From positions 1 to 60,036 of the forward strand of contig CBIFVU010000001.1 of NCBI GenBank assembly GCA_966185905.1: a DNA stretch of 60,036 bases, given 5' to 3'. A program made the translations under genes and the position numbers. The DNA is from an uncultured Lysobacter sp. (GTDB lineage: Bacteria > Pseudomonadota > Gammaproteobacteria > Xanthomonadales > Xanthomonadaceae). Within the stretch, counting starts at the first letter, position 1; each line of letters begins with the position of its first letter. The notes under the pieces are model-generated. The model had not been told where the DNA came from. It saw only the letters and a list, made by a program, of their open reading frames with translations, and did no database searches. This document shows, one piece after another, positions 10,233 through 19,775 of the stretch.

Positions 10233-10622
10233 TCAGCCGGCGTCCTGCGCGGGCGCTGCGCCAACGGCGCTCTGGGACGCAGCCCAGTGGCCTTGCCGGA
10301 TCGCTTCCAGGACCAAGGCCAGCGCCAAGTGCATGCCCGAAGCGATCAACCCCAGCGTGCGCCGCTCCTTTCCATCGACCGCGGCCGAGGCCCGGCGCAA
10401 GGCTTCGTGCAGCGCCGCGCACTGCGCGCTTCCCGCGGGGTACTCGCTGAAGTCGCAGGTTCTGGGCGCTACGCGTTCGATTTCCCGCAGCAACGTCCCC
10501 TGCCCGATCGCGCGGTATACGTCGAGGAACGACAAGTTGCCCCGCAGTTCGATCTCGACCGCCGCAGTGAGTTGGATGCCGACTGAGGTCAAGCTGGCCA
10601 GCTGAGGCAAGGGCGTGGGCAT
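10233..10622 (-). CDS. Hypothetical protein
   Basis: ATG at 10622 follows AGGA; helical, protein-like composition; 12 bp from the next gene. Confidence 0.55.
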   Translation of the reverse strand: MPTPLPQLASLTSVGIQLTAAVEIELRGNLSFLDVYRAIGQGTLLREIERVAPRTCDFSEYPAGSAQCAALHEALRRASAAVDGKERRTLGLIASGMHLALALVLEAIRQGHWAASQSAVGAAPAQDAG

Positions 10623-10728
10623 GCGGACGAGTTCCTGGCGCGAGGGGAACGCGCCCGCGAGGACGCGCACTTACCCGCTGGCCCGACCTCGGCCGCAACG
10701 TTCGCGGGATGCGTGAAGCCTATCAATA

Positions 10729-10743
10729 GATGTTTTAAACATC
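10729..10743. promoter_or_regulatory. Perfect palindrome GATGTTT-T-AAACATC in an AT-rich divergent promoter; probable operator
   Basis: Seen directly; lies between divergent genes 10622(-) and 10900(+, XRE). Confidence 0.55.
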
Positions 10744-10899
10744 AATAATAATGCTTTATGATTGACCCTGCCGGAGCAGGATGCCTAGGCGCACCCGATT
10801 GGCGATGATTCGCCGCCCTGTCTTCTCCCCCACGGAAATGGCCGCCGCCCCTCCAGCCTCCCACTCGCCGCCCCAGCAATCCCCTGCAGGAGAACGGCG

Positions 10900-11151
10900 T
10901 TGATCACGGCAAGCCAGTTGCGCGCCGCGCGGGCCCTGTTGGGCATGGACCAGAAGACGCTCGCCGAAAAAGCCGGGGTTTCCCTTCCCACGATCCAGCG
11001 CATGGAGGCCAGCCAAGGCAACGTCCGCGGCGTGGTCGACACATTGACCAAGATCGTCGCGGCCTTGGATGCAGCGGGCGTGGAGTTGATCGGCGACAAT
11101 GCCCCGAGCCAAGGCAGCGGCCGCGGCGTCCGGCTCAAGTCGCCCTCGTAG
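10900..11151 (+). CDS. Small XRE-family HTH regulator
   Basis: TTG start after AGGAG; ITASQLRAARALLGMDQKTLAEKAGVSLPTIQRME...GVELI...GRGVRL. Confidence 0.9.
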   Translation: MITASQLRAARALLGMDQKTLAEKAGVSLPTIQRMEASQGNVRGVVDTLTKIVAALDAAGVELIGDNAPSQGSGRGVRLKSPS

Positions 11152-11745
11152 GCGCTCGGCGCGTTCTTGGTCCGGCCGGGCATCGCACTGGCGATGCGCA
11201 CCCCATTCAAGCGCTGGCGGGCGGCCAGTGCGATCGCCCTGATAGCCGAGACGGCCTTCTGCGCCCAGTCTGAGCCTCCAGACGCTGGAGGCCGGTCGAA
11301 GCGCTGCGGGCGCCAAGCCGCCTCGTGCTTGGCGAAATCGAATGCTCGCATGACCGCTCGCGCCCCGGGGCGCGCCTGGTTTCGACCTGGCAGGGCAATG
11401 GCTTTGCCGACCTGTAGTGTACGAACACTAGGCCCGGGCTGGGCGGCACTCTCTGTGACGTCCTCGCGCAGGGGTAGTGTCGGCACAAGGCGATGGGCCG
11501 CCGGTGAAAGGGTGCGGGCGGCCAGCAAACCCGATACAGCTTATCGAAGAACGCGAGGCGCAATGCGCCACCGGACCGCAGCCCCCTCATAAGGGGCCGT
11601 GCGATGCTGAGGGATGGGGTCGGAATCATTCTCCGCTGACCGCTGTCGGGGCCGTGTCGTAGCCATTTCGGGTCCCTGTCGTCGCCCCCAGCGAGGGCCT
11701 GCCGGATACTGGCGGCAGCCCCGGCCCTAACCGCCCAGGAACCTC

Positions 11746-12300
11746 ATGAACGTAAACAGTGCCCGGCTTCGCGAACTGCGTGCCTCCCGCCATTGGTCCC
11801 AAGAGCAATTGGCCAATCTGAGCGGCTTGAACCTGCGAACCATCCAGCGATTGGAATCCGGCGCGAAGATATCAACCGAGTCGTTGCGCGCCCTGGCCTC
11901 GGTTTTCGAGGTGCCGGCCGAGAGCCTTCTGGCAAGCGCATCGACTCCCAGTCAGCCGGCGCTGGAGGCGATGCGTGAGGGGGTGCTGCGCGGCCTGGAG
12001 TTCACGGGCTCGACGTCGAGGGCGGGTTTCTGGTGGTTCGCGCTCGCCGTGGCGATATCGCTGGCCCTCGCCGAACTGGTCGCCACTGTCGCAGGTCCGC
12101 TGCTGGTTCAACTGGTCTCATTGCTGGTGCTATTGCCCTGGATCGCAGCATGTACCCGGCGCCTTCGCGACGCCGGCTTCAGCCCCTGGTGGCAGCTCAT
12201 CTGCTTGGTGCCGGTGGCGGGTATCCTGGTCCTGTTCTATCTGCTCGCCTACCCGGCAAAAGGCGAGCCGAACGCTCAGCAGGATCGGCTCACGCCGTAA
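11746..12300 (+). CDS. XRE HTH fused to a DUF805 (YhaH-like) membrane domain
   Basis: N-terminal WSQEQLANLSGLNLRTIQRLE; C-terminal FTGSTSRAGFWWF...RRLRDAGFSPWWQLI, the DUF805 signature. Confidence 0.9.
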   Translation: MNVNSARLRELRASRHWSQEQLANLSGLNLRTIQRLESGAKISTESLRALASVFEVPAESLLASASTPSQPALEAMREGVLRGLEFTGSTSRAGFWWFALAVAISLALAELVATVAGPLLVQLVSLLVLLPWIAACTRRLRDAGFSPWWQLICLVPVAGILVLFYLLAYPAKGEPNAQQDRLTP

Positions 12301-12356
12301 CCGCCGCGGTCTCCAGTTCGGTGAACGACTGCGTCCGCAGTCCATCGCCAGCCCCT

Positions 12357-12737
12357 TCAGTGCTCTTGCAGCGACGTGGCCAGGCACAACACTGGCACCG
12401 GAACCATCGATTCCAGGTGGGTCTTCAGCTCGTGGAATCGTTCCGCGCTCATTCCCATGAAAACGTAGAAATCCAAGTCATGGCGGAAGGCGCCCATGCG
12501 CAGAAGGCTGCCTTGCACTGCGCGCGCGTCGATGACCGCGAAGTTCACGGTCGATGAGGGATCGGGCTCGACGATCTCCGCCTCCAGCGCCTCTACGCTC
12601 GCCGAATCGAGCCGATGGGCGCCGTACACGTACCCGCCCTCCTGGCCGCGGAATCGGCGCGCCAGTTGCATGCCCGGCAAGCTCACTTGCCGCCATCCCG
12701 TGTACTGCTCCGAAACTGCTGTCGCGAAAATCCGCAT
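12357..12737 (-). CDS. Hypothetical protein
   Basis: ATG at 12737 follows AGGAG; protein-like composition. Confidence 0.5.
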   Translation of the reverse strand: MRIFATAVSEQYTGWRQVSLPGMQLARRFRGQEGGYVYGAHRLDSASVEALEAEIVEPDPSSTVNFAVIDARAVQGSLLRMGAFRHDLDFYVFMGMSAERFHELKTHLESMVPVPVLCLATSLQEH

Positions 12738-13079
12738 GCATCTCCTTCGGTCGCGGCCTCCGCAAGCGACGGCGCAGCGCGTTGCTTCCCGTAGCGGCGA
12801 AATTAGCAAACCGATACGCGAACAGCGAGCCGAGGACGCGCCGACGCTCGCTCAGCTAGCGGCTCGAACGCGGCTAGCGCGGCACGCCGGGACCGGGCGG
12901 CGCTCGTGCCGGGCGGACAGGGCGCCGGCCGGCCGCCGGAACCGCCCGAAGCGGGATTACGCGACTTGGCGCCACCATCGCCGCCGCACAGCGACCGACC
13001 CGCCCCCGCTGCGGACCACCCTCTCCGGCCCCATCAGCCGCCCGCGGGAAGCCCGGGGGTGTTGCAACGCCATTTATGT

Positions 13080-13104
13080 GATGTTATATCATTACGATAA
13101 CATC
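13080..13104. promoter_or_regulatory. Zur-like operator upstream of the TonB-dependent receptor operon
   Basis: Inverted repeat GATGTTAT-N9-ATAACATC. The left part TGTTATATCATTACG matches TGTTATA-N-TATAACA with 3 mismatches. It ends 55 bp before the receptor ATG. Confidence 0.65.
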
Positions 13105-13158
13105 GTTCAGCATCGGCCTGCTGCGGCCCACCGCGCTTGGAGCGCCAAAGAACAGGGC

Positions 13159-15555
13159 ATGACGAATACGCACCCCCTCCGATTGGGCGCATTGCTGGCT
13201 GTCGGCAGCGCCGCCCTGCTCTATCCCAGCGCACCGGCACAGGCCCAGGCCACGGAGTCGCCGGGCACGACTGATTCGCGCCCGGCAGAGCCTGCGCTCG
13301 CCCCCGGCGAGGTGACGCTGGACAAGGTCGTCGTCATCGGCAGCCATATCCGCGATACGAGGGTCGGCGAGTCCTCGCCGGTGATCGTCTTCGACAGGGA
13401 GGCCATCGACCGCACCGGCGCCGCCACGATGCAGCAGTTCTTCGAGAAGCTGCCGCAGAACTTCGGCAGCGGCGCCAACGGCGCGAACGTCGCCAGCCTG
13501 GGCGTGGATCGCGACACCGGAAGCAACTTCGGCCAAGGCACGGCGATCAACCTGCGCGGGCTGGGCACCGGCACGACATTGACCCTGGTCAACGGCCACC
13601 GCGTGACCTCGTCCAATCGCTATCAGTACGTGGATGTGTCCCTGATTGCGTTGAGTGCCGTCGAGCGGGTGGAGATCCTGACCGATGGCGCCTCCGCCCT
13701 CTATGGCGCCGATGCTGTCGGTGGAGTCGTCAACATCATTCTGCGTCGGGATTTCACCGGCTACGAGACCGGGCTGCGCTACGGCACCGTCACCACGGGC
13801 TCGATGAGCGAGTACCAGGCCTCGCAGACGGCGGGCTGGGCGTGGGAGGGCGGCCATCTCCTGGCGAGCTACGAATTCCTCAAGCAGGACCACCTGTCCG
13901 CGACCGACAAGGATTTTTCGAGGAATGTCGCACTCAAGCCCTACGACCTGTATCCGGGCTCGAAGCGCCACAGCCTCTATCTCGATGGCTCGCAGAAGCT
14001 CAACGATGCCCTGACGCTCGACCTGTCCGGCTCCTTCGCCCAGCGCGACATGGACACGACGATCTCGGGAACCTCCGACGAAACCCGCTTGTTCCCGAGC
14101 ACCCGCCAGTTCGACCTGTTCGCCGGACTCACCCTGGAGCTGCCGCACCAATGGCAGGCGCGCTTGAACTCCGGGTACGGCAAGAGCGATGTGCGCTACG
14201 AACGGACCACCCTCGCCGGCGCGACGGCGCACACCGCTCGGCCGACGGACATGAATTCGGACAGCCGCTATCTGGAGCTGATCGCCGATGGCCCATTGTT
14301 CGAGCTGCCCGCGGGCGGCTTGCGCGCGGCGTTCGGCGCCAGCTACCGGCGCGACGGCTACGATTTCTTCGACTATCGCGGATCGGAGCGGCCGCTGGAC
14401 CTGGACCGCCGCATCGCGTCGGCCTTCGGCGAGTTGAACATCCCGCTGCTGAAAGACCGCCCGGGCGTGCGCCGCCTGTCGCTGACCGCGGCCGCGCGCT
14501 ACGACCACTACAGCGATTTCGGCGCCACGGTCAACCCGAAGTTCGGCCTGTTGTGGGACGCCACGGCCGGGCTCACGCTGCGCGCGAGCTACGGGCGATC
14601 GTACCGGGCCCCGGTGTTCCAGGACATGCAGCCCAACAACATCGCCGTGGTCAGCCGCCTGCCCAATCCGAATGCTCCCAGCGGCAGCACGATCCTGATG
14701 ATGCTCGCCAATGGCAACCCCGACCTCAAACCGGAGCGGGCGAAGACCTGGACCGGCGGGTTCAGCTTCGCGCCGCCCTCGGCACCGGGCCTGAGGCTGC
14801 AAGCCAACTACTACCACATCGACTATGCCGACCGGATCGACAGCGGCTACGCAGGCAACTTCACCTCGATCTTCTCTCAGTCCACCGCCCCTTACGCCGA
14901 TGTGCTGACGTTCGACCCGACGCCCCAGCAGATCCAGGACGCCCGCCAGCTCGGGCTGTCGGGCGTCGGGCTGATCGTTTCGCGAGCGGGCCCGTACGCG
15001 CTGCCCGCCGGCCTGGACGAAACCGATACCGAGGTCATCCTCGACAACCGCTTCCGCAACAATGCCTTCACCTCCCAGCGAGGCGTCGACTTCGATGCCT
15101 CCTACGACTTCGACGCTGGGCAGAGCCAAATCGCGCTCAGCCTTGCCGGCCAGTACATCATCCAGTCTACGCGCCGGCTGACCCGCTCCGCCCCGGAGGT
15201 CGAGGCGCTGAACGCGGTGTATCTTCCGGTCGATCTCAAGCTGCGCAGCGGCGTGGCGCTGGCCCGGCGCAACCTGGCAGGCGGCTTCTTCGTCAACTAC
15301 GTGGACGGCTATCGCGACCCGTCGAACCTGGCCGATCCCCGCGTCGATTCCTGGATCACCGTGGACGCGAACCTCAAGTACAGCTTCGCCTCCACGTCGG
15401 ACGCACAGGACGGGACCAGTCTGGCCTTGAACGTGCAGAACCTCTTCGACCGCGATCCGCCGCGCGTCGTCAATCGGATCAATACCGGCTTCGACCCCGT
15501 CAACGCCACGCCCCTGGGGCGTTTCGTGTCCATGACCTTGACCCATCGCTGGTGA
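13159..15555 (+). CDS. TonB-dependent outer-membrane receptor (no N-terminal signalling domain)
   Basis: Signal peptide, TonB box LDKVVVIGS, plug (NLRGLG..TLTLVNGHR, VERVEILTDGASALYGADAVGGVVNIIL), NPDLKPE, and C-terminal NLFDRDPP...GRFVSMTLTHRW. Confidence 0.95.
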   Translation: MTNTHPLRLGALLAVGSAALLYPSAPAQAQATESPGTTDSRPAEPALAPGEVTLDKVVVIGSHIRDTRVGESSPVIVFDREAIDRTGAATMQQFFEKLPQNFGSGANGANVASLGVDRDTGSNFGQGTAINLRGLGTGTTLTLVNGHRVTSSNRYQYVDVSLIALSAVERVEILTDGASALYGADAVGGVVNIILRRDFTGYETGLRYGTVTTGSMSEYQASQTAGWAWEGGHLLASYEFLKQDHLSATDKDFSRNVALKPYDLYPGSKRHSLYLDGSQKLNDALTLDLSGSFAQRDMDTTISGTSDETRLFPSTRQFDLFAGLTLELPHQWQARLNSGYGKSDVRYERTTLAGATAHTARPTDMNSDSRYLELIADGPLFELPAGGLRAAFGASYRRDGYDFFDYRGSERPLDLDRRIASAFGELNIPLLKDRPGVRRLSLTAAARYDHYSDFGATVNPKFGLLWDATAGLTLRASYGRSYRAPVFQDMQPNNIAVVSRLPNPNAPSGSTILMMLANGNPDLKPERAKTWTGGFSFAPPSAPGLRLQANYYHIDYADRIDSGYAGNFTSIFSQSTAPYADVLTFDPTPQQIQDARQLGLSGVGLIVSRAGPYALPAGLDETDTEVILDNRFRNNAFTSQRGVDFDASYDFDAGQSQIALSLAGQYIIQSTRRLTRSAPEVEALNAVYLPVDLKLRSGVALARRNLAGGFFVNYVDGYRDPSNLADPRVDSWITVDANLKYSFASTSDAQDGTSLALNVQNLFDRDPPRVVNRINTGFDPVNATPLGRFVSMTLTHRW

Positions 15556-15571
15556 GCCGAGCGACCGCCGA

Positions 15572-17047
15572 ATGAACCGCGCGACCGGCCGCCATCCTGC
15601 GACAGCCTCTGCCGTGCAGGCCCTACGCCAGGCCTTCGGCGTGGCCGCGACCCAGCTCATCCTGATGTGGCGCGAGCGGCGGTTGGTCTGGCTGGCCCTG
15701 GTGGTCTTGTTGCTGGCGGGAACCTCGGTCGCCACCAGCGCTGCGCGGCTGTCCGCCCAGGCCGAGGAGCGGCGCGCCGTCGCTGCGGAGGAGGCTCGGC
15801 TCTGGGACGGCCAAGGCGTGATCGATCCCCATCACGCCGCCCACGTGGGCCGCGCTGTCCCCGCGCCAGTACGGCCGCTGGCGGCGTTCGATCCCGGGCT
15901 GTCCGATTTCGTCGGCACCTCGGTGTTCATCGAAGGCCACGCGCAGAATCCCGCCCGGCACCGGCCCATCGAGATGGGCGCCGCCTTGAGCCGCTTCGGC
16001 GGGTTCTCGGCGGCGTGGACGCTGCAAGTCATCGCGCCGCTGCTGATCATCCTGGCCGGCTTCGCCACCATTTCCGGCGATCTCGCCCGCGAGCGGCTTC
16101 GCCAGGAGCTCGGCGCTGGAGCCTCGCCCATGGTGCTGGTCGGGGGGCGGCTGATCGCGTTGGCGACGGCGGCGGGATTGCTGACGCTGGCCATGCTCGG
16201 GGTGAGCCTCCCCGCCATCGGGCTGCAGGCCGCGGGCGAACGCGAAGCGCTGGGCCTGCTGGCGTTGGGCCTTGCCTATGCGCTCTACCTGCTGGCGTTC
16301 TGCGCCCTCACCGTCGCTGTCTCCGGGCTGCTCTCTTCCGCGCGCACGGCCTTGATCGTGCTGCTCGGCTTCTGGGCCGTTGCGACCCTGCTCGCGCCGC
16401 GCATCGCCCCGGCCGTGGCGGAGGCGCTGGAACCCACGCCCTCGCCGCCCGCGTTCAGGGCAGCAGTCACCGAAGAAGCGCAGAATGGCGTCAGCGGCCA
16501 CGACCCCGCCGACCAGCGACTGGAGGCGCTCAAGGCCGAGTGGTTGCGGCGCTACCAGGTCAGCGATGCGGCGGACCTTCCGGTCGACTTCCGCGGGGTC
16601 GCCCTGGAGTTCGGGGAGAAGAATTCCACCGAAACCTACAACCGGCATTTCGAGCGGCTCTACACCGTTTACCGCCGGCAAGACGCCCAGCAACGCGCAT
16701 TCGCAGCGCTGTCGCCGACCGTGGCGCTGCAGCCTTGGTCGCGCGCCTTTTCCGGTACCGACCTGGGAGCGCACCTGGCCTATTTGCGCGGCGTCGAGGA
16801 CTACCGCTACCGGCTGGTCCAAGCCCTGAACCACGAAGTGAAGACCCACAAGCCGCGCCCGGGCGAAAAGCACCACCTGGCCGATATCGCGACCATCACC
16901 CGTTCGGTCGTCTACACCCCGCGCGAGGAACGTCTGGCCGACATCGCAGCCAGGCAGGCGCCCAACTTCGCGATCCTGCTGGCCTGGCTCGCACTGGCGC
17001 TGGGCCTGGTGTTCGTCTCCGCCGCGCGCCTGGGGAGCCGCGGATGA
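15572..17047 (+). CDS. ABC-2-type transporter permease, DUF3526 family
   Basis: Multiple TM segments, DPHHAAHVG motif, LAAFDPGL, large periplasmic loop, and ALSPTVALQ...SGTD motif. Confidence 0.85.
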   Translation: MNRATGRHPATASAVQALRQAFGVAATQLILMWRERRLVWLALVVLLLAGTSVATSAARLSAQAEERRAVAAEEARLWDGQGVIDPHHAAHVGRAVPAPVRPLAAFDPGLSDFVGTSVFIEGHAQNPARHRPIEMGAALSRFGGFSAAWTLQVIAPLLIILAGFATISGDLARERLRQELGAGASPMVLVGGRLIALATAAGLLTLAMLGVSLPAIGLQAAGEREALGLLALGLAYALYLLAFCALTVAVSGLLSSARTALIVLLGFWAVATLLAPRIAPAVAEALEPTPSPPAFRAAVTEEAQNGVSGHDPADQRLEALKAEWLRRYQVSDAADLPVDFRGVALEFGEKNSTETYNRHFERLYTVYRRQDAQQRAFAALSPTVALQPWSRAFSGTDLGAHLAYLRGVEDYRYRLVQALNHEVKTHKPRPGEKHHLADIATITRSVVYTPREERLADIAARQAPNFAILLAWLALALGLVFVSAARLGSRG

Positions 17048-18405
17048 TCGACGCGTTCATCGCCGGCTACGAGATCCGCCGCCTTCTGCGCGACCGCGTC
17101 CTTCCCGCGCTGTTGCTCCTGCTCCTGGGCTTGGGCGCTTATGCGGCATGGAACGGCAGCGACTGGGTCCGCCAGCGCCAGGCCGCCATCGCCCTGATCG
17201 AGGCCGAAGAACAGCAGATGGCCGCGCGCGCGCGCGGTTTCGTCGGCAACACGCCCATGGTGGTCCTGCCGCGGGCGCAACCCGTGTTGCCGCCCGGGCC
17301 GATGGCGCCGTTGTCGATCGGCCAGTCCGATGCTTACCCCTTCACTGCCGACGTCGTGGCGCTGGGCGACTACAGCCAACTCTTCGGGCGCCTTTGGCCG
17401 GACATCGGCAACCCTGCTGTACGCGCGGCGGGCCGGTTCGATCTGGCGTTCGTGGTGGTGTTCCTGCTGCCGTTGGCGCTGCTGGCCGGCACCTATGACT
17501 TGTGGACGCGCGAGCGCGAGCGAGGCATCGCTGCCATGGTGTTGTCCCAGTCGGTGTCTATCGGAGCCTTGATCGCCGCCAAGACGCTGGCGCGCGGCGC
17601 GATCCTGCTGCTGCCCTCGACGGCGGTCTTCCTGGCGCTCGCGGCCTGGGCTGGGGCGCGGGATGCGGGCGGCCTGGCCGCCCTGGGGCTGGCGATGCTG
17701 GCCTATGGCGGCTTCTGGCTGGCCGTGGCGGCGCTGATCAATGTCTTCGCCCGACGATCCACTGAAGCCGCCATCGCCGCCGGCGTGATCTGGCTGGCGA
17801 CCGTGGTCATGGCGCCGGCCCTGGCGCTCGCCGCCATCGACTTGGCCGCGCCCCCGCCCTCGGAAATGCGCTTGGCCACCGACATGAAGGCGCGGATGGC
17901 GCAGATCGCCGAGCGCCAGCGCCTCCAGCGCGCGCTCCACCCGGTAATCGAGCGCGTCCCCGCGCCCCGGATTTCCGACAGGCTGCGGGCCGACTACGCC
18001 GACCGCGTCGCCGCCGACCGCGAACTGGAGCCGATGATCGCCTCCCACGAGGCCGCCAAGCGTGCCCGGCGCGAGCTTCTCGACAAGGTGCGGTGGGTCT
18101 TGCCGTCGGTTGCCATGCAAGACGCGCTCGACCGCATCGCCGGTTCCGACGCCGACCGCGCGCTCGCCTTCCAGGGCCAAGTCGTCGGGTTTTGGCAGCA
18201 ACGCCGGTTGCTGCACAAAAGCTATCTGGATCGCGACGCCACGCAAACCCTGGCCGAGTACGACCGCCTGCCGGGCTTCCGCTTCCGCGACGACGCCGGC
18301 CCGTTCCAGCCTGGCGTGCTCGCGGACCTCGCCGCGTTGGTCGCCGCCGCTTCGCTCGCCCTGGCCATCGCCTGGGCTTGGCGCCGCCGTGCGGCGAAGC
18401 CATAG
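17044..18405 (+). CDS. Second ABC permease, DUF3526 family
   Basis: ATGA overlap with the previous gene; LSIGQSD, NP....GRFDLAFVVVFLLPL, ERERG and IAGSD motifs. Confidence 0.85.
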   Translation: MIDAFIAGYEIRRLLRDRVLPALLLLLLGLGAYAAWNGSDWVRQRQAAIALIEAEEQQMAARARGFVGNTPMVVLPRAQPVLPPGPMAPLSIGQSDAYPFTADVVALGDYSQLFGRLWPDIGNPAVRAAGRFDLAFVVVFLLPLALLAGTYDLWTRERERGIAAMVLSQSVSIGALIAAKTLARGAILLLPSTAVFLALAAWAGARDAGGLAALGLAMLAYGGFWLAVAALINVFARRSTEAAIAAGVIWLATVVMAPALALAAIDLAAPPPSEMRLATDMKARMAQIAERQRLQRALHPVIERVPAPRISDRLRADYADRVAADRELEPMIASHEAAKRARRELLDKVRWVLPSVAMQDALDRIAGSDADRALAFQGQVVGFWQQRRLLHKSYLDRDATQTLAEYDRLPGFRFRDDAGPFQPGVLADLAALVAAASLALAIAWAWRRRAAKP

Positions 18406-18416
18406 AAGGAGTCTCC

Positions 18417-19127
18417 ATGCTTTCGGCCAAGGCCCTGACCAAAGACCACAGCACGCACCGGGCGCTCGACGCGGTCAGCTTTACCGTGCGGGCGGGAGAA
18501 ATCTACTGCCTGCTGGGCGCCAACGGCGCCGGCAAGTCCACGACCATCAAGCTGTTCCTGGGCTTCCTCAGGCCGACTTCGGGCTCGGCCGAGGTCGACG
18601 GCATCGATGTCCAGGACGATCCGAAGGCAGTGCGGCGGCGACTGCTCTATATCCCCGAGACCGTCGCCCTCTACGATGAATTGAGCGGCTACGAAAACCT
18701 CGACTATTTCGCGCGCCTGGCCGGTGTGGAGGATCGCGCTCCCGCGCGCTTGCGCGAGGCGCTGCAGGCTGCCGGCTTGGCTGCCGACGCTTTCGACCGC
18801 CGGGTCGGCCACTACTCCAAGGGAATGCGGCAGAAGGTCGGCATCGCGCTGGCGGTGGTCAAGGACGCCAAGGCCCTGCTGCTCGACGAACCTACCTCGG
18901 GCCTCGATCCCCAGGCCTCGGCCGAGTTCCACGAACTGCTGGTGCGCCAGCGCGACCGCGGCGCGGCCATCCTGATGGCGACCCACGATCTGTTCCGAGC
19001 GCGCGAAGTCGCCACGACCATCGGCCTCATGTATGGCGGCCGCCTGCTCAAGACGCTGGAGGCCGCCGCGATGACGGCGAACGACCTGGAGGCGCTGTAC
19101 CTGGAGGAAATGGGCCGGCGCCGCTAG
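18417..19127 (+). CDS. ABC transporter ATP-binding protein
   Basis: AAGGAG ribosome site; Walker A GANGAGKST, signature YSKGMRQ, Walker B LLLDEP, H-loop ATHD. Confidence 0.95.
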   Translation: MLSAKALTKDHSTHRALDAVSFTVRAGEIYCLLGANGAGKSTTIKLFLGFLRPTSGSAEVDGIDVQDDPKAVRRRLLYIPETVALYDELSGYENLDYFARLAGVEDRAPARLREALQAAGLAADAFDRRVGHYSKGMRQKVGIALAVVKDAKALLLDEPTSGLDPQASAEFHELLVRQRDRGAAILMATHDLFRAREVATTIGLMYGGRLLKTLEAAAMTANDLEALYLEEMGRRR

Positions 19128-19200
19128 CGAGCGCGCCGCCACTGGCAGAGGCGGCGACGCCCTCCCCCGCCCTGCCACGAAGCGCGCAATGGCGCCAAAG

Positions 19201-19623
19201 CTAATACTTCCACGGCCCGCTGCCGTGCCCGTCGTAGCTCTCCTGGACACGCTGCATGTCTCGCCGGATGTCCCGCAGGAACCTTGCGACATCGAAGTCC
19301 TCGAACGTGCGCTTGGCGAGCTGGACCTCCAACTGCCGGCCGATCTGCTCGACGACATGGCTCATCCGGCCGTGCATATCGGCAGCCAGCATCACGCCGT
19401 AGTCGAGCATGATGTCGGTGTAGTACTCGCCTTTGCCTTCGCTGAGTCGGTGCCGCTGACGGAAGTTCAGCTCCGGCTCCCTGCACATCAGGATCATGCT
19501 GACGCGCGTCACGGATGCGCCGTAGTCGCGTTCTGAGTACCCGGGCTCGATGCGCCCGATCTCACTGAGGATTCGGCCCGTGTAGGTTCGCCAATCCGAG
19601 TCCGCCGATATCCATAGTTTCAT
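19201..19623 (-). CDS. Imm44-like immunity protein (orphan)
   Basis: MKLWISAD...RDYG...ILMC..PE..FRQR.R...IMLDY...FD...F..D resembles Imm44/Imm12-type polymorphic-toxin immunity proteins by recall. Confidence 0.6.
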   Translation of the reverse strand: MKLWISADSDWRTYTGRILSEIGRIEPGYSERDYGASVTRVSMILMCREPELNFRQRHRLSEGKGEYYTDIMLDYGVMLAADMHGRMSHVVEQIGRQLEVQLAKRTFEDFDVARFLRDIRRDMQRVQESYDGHGSGPWKY

Positions 19624-19775
19624 CCAGCCCACCCCCAAGCCGTCGCGCAGCGCGCCCGAGAGGCTACAACGGCGCCGTCCGGAGCGATAGGGCGCAGGCG
19701 CGCGCCGCATCCAAGTTGGAATCAGGCCTGCGTGCAACGGCCGCCCCGGCCGGACGGACTGCGGCGGCGGATGCG

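Noticed and set aside
11152-11740. ORFs between the two XRE genes
   Set aside because: No ribosome site, motif or consistent coding signal.
12289-12360. Possible frameshifted continuation (TEGAGDGLRTQSFTELETAAVTA) of the 12737 ORF
   Set aside because: No homolog or motif available to support it; may be chance.
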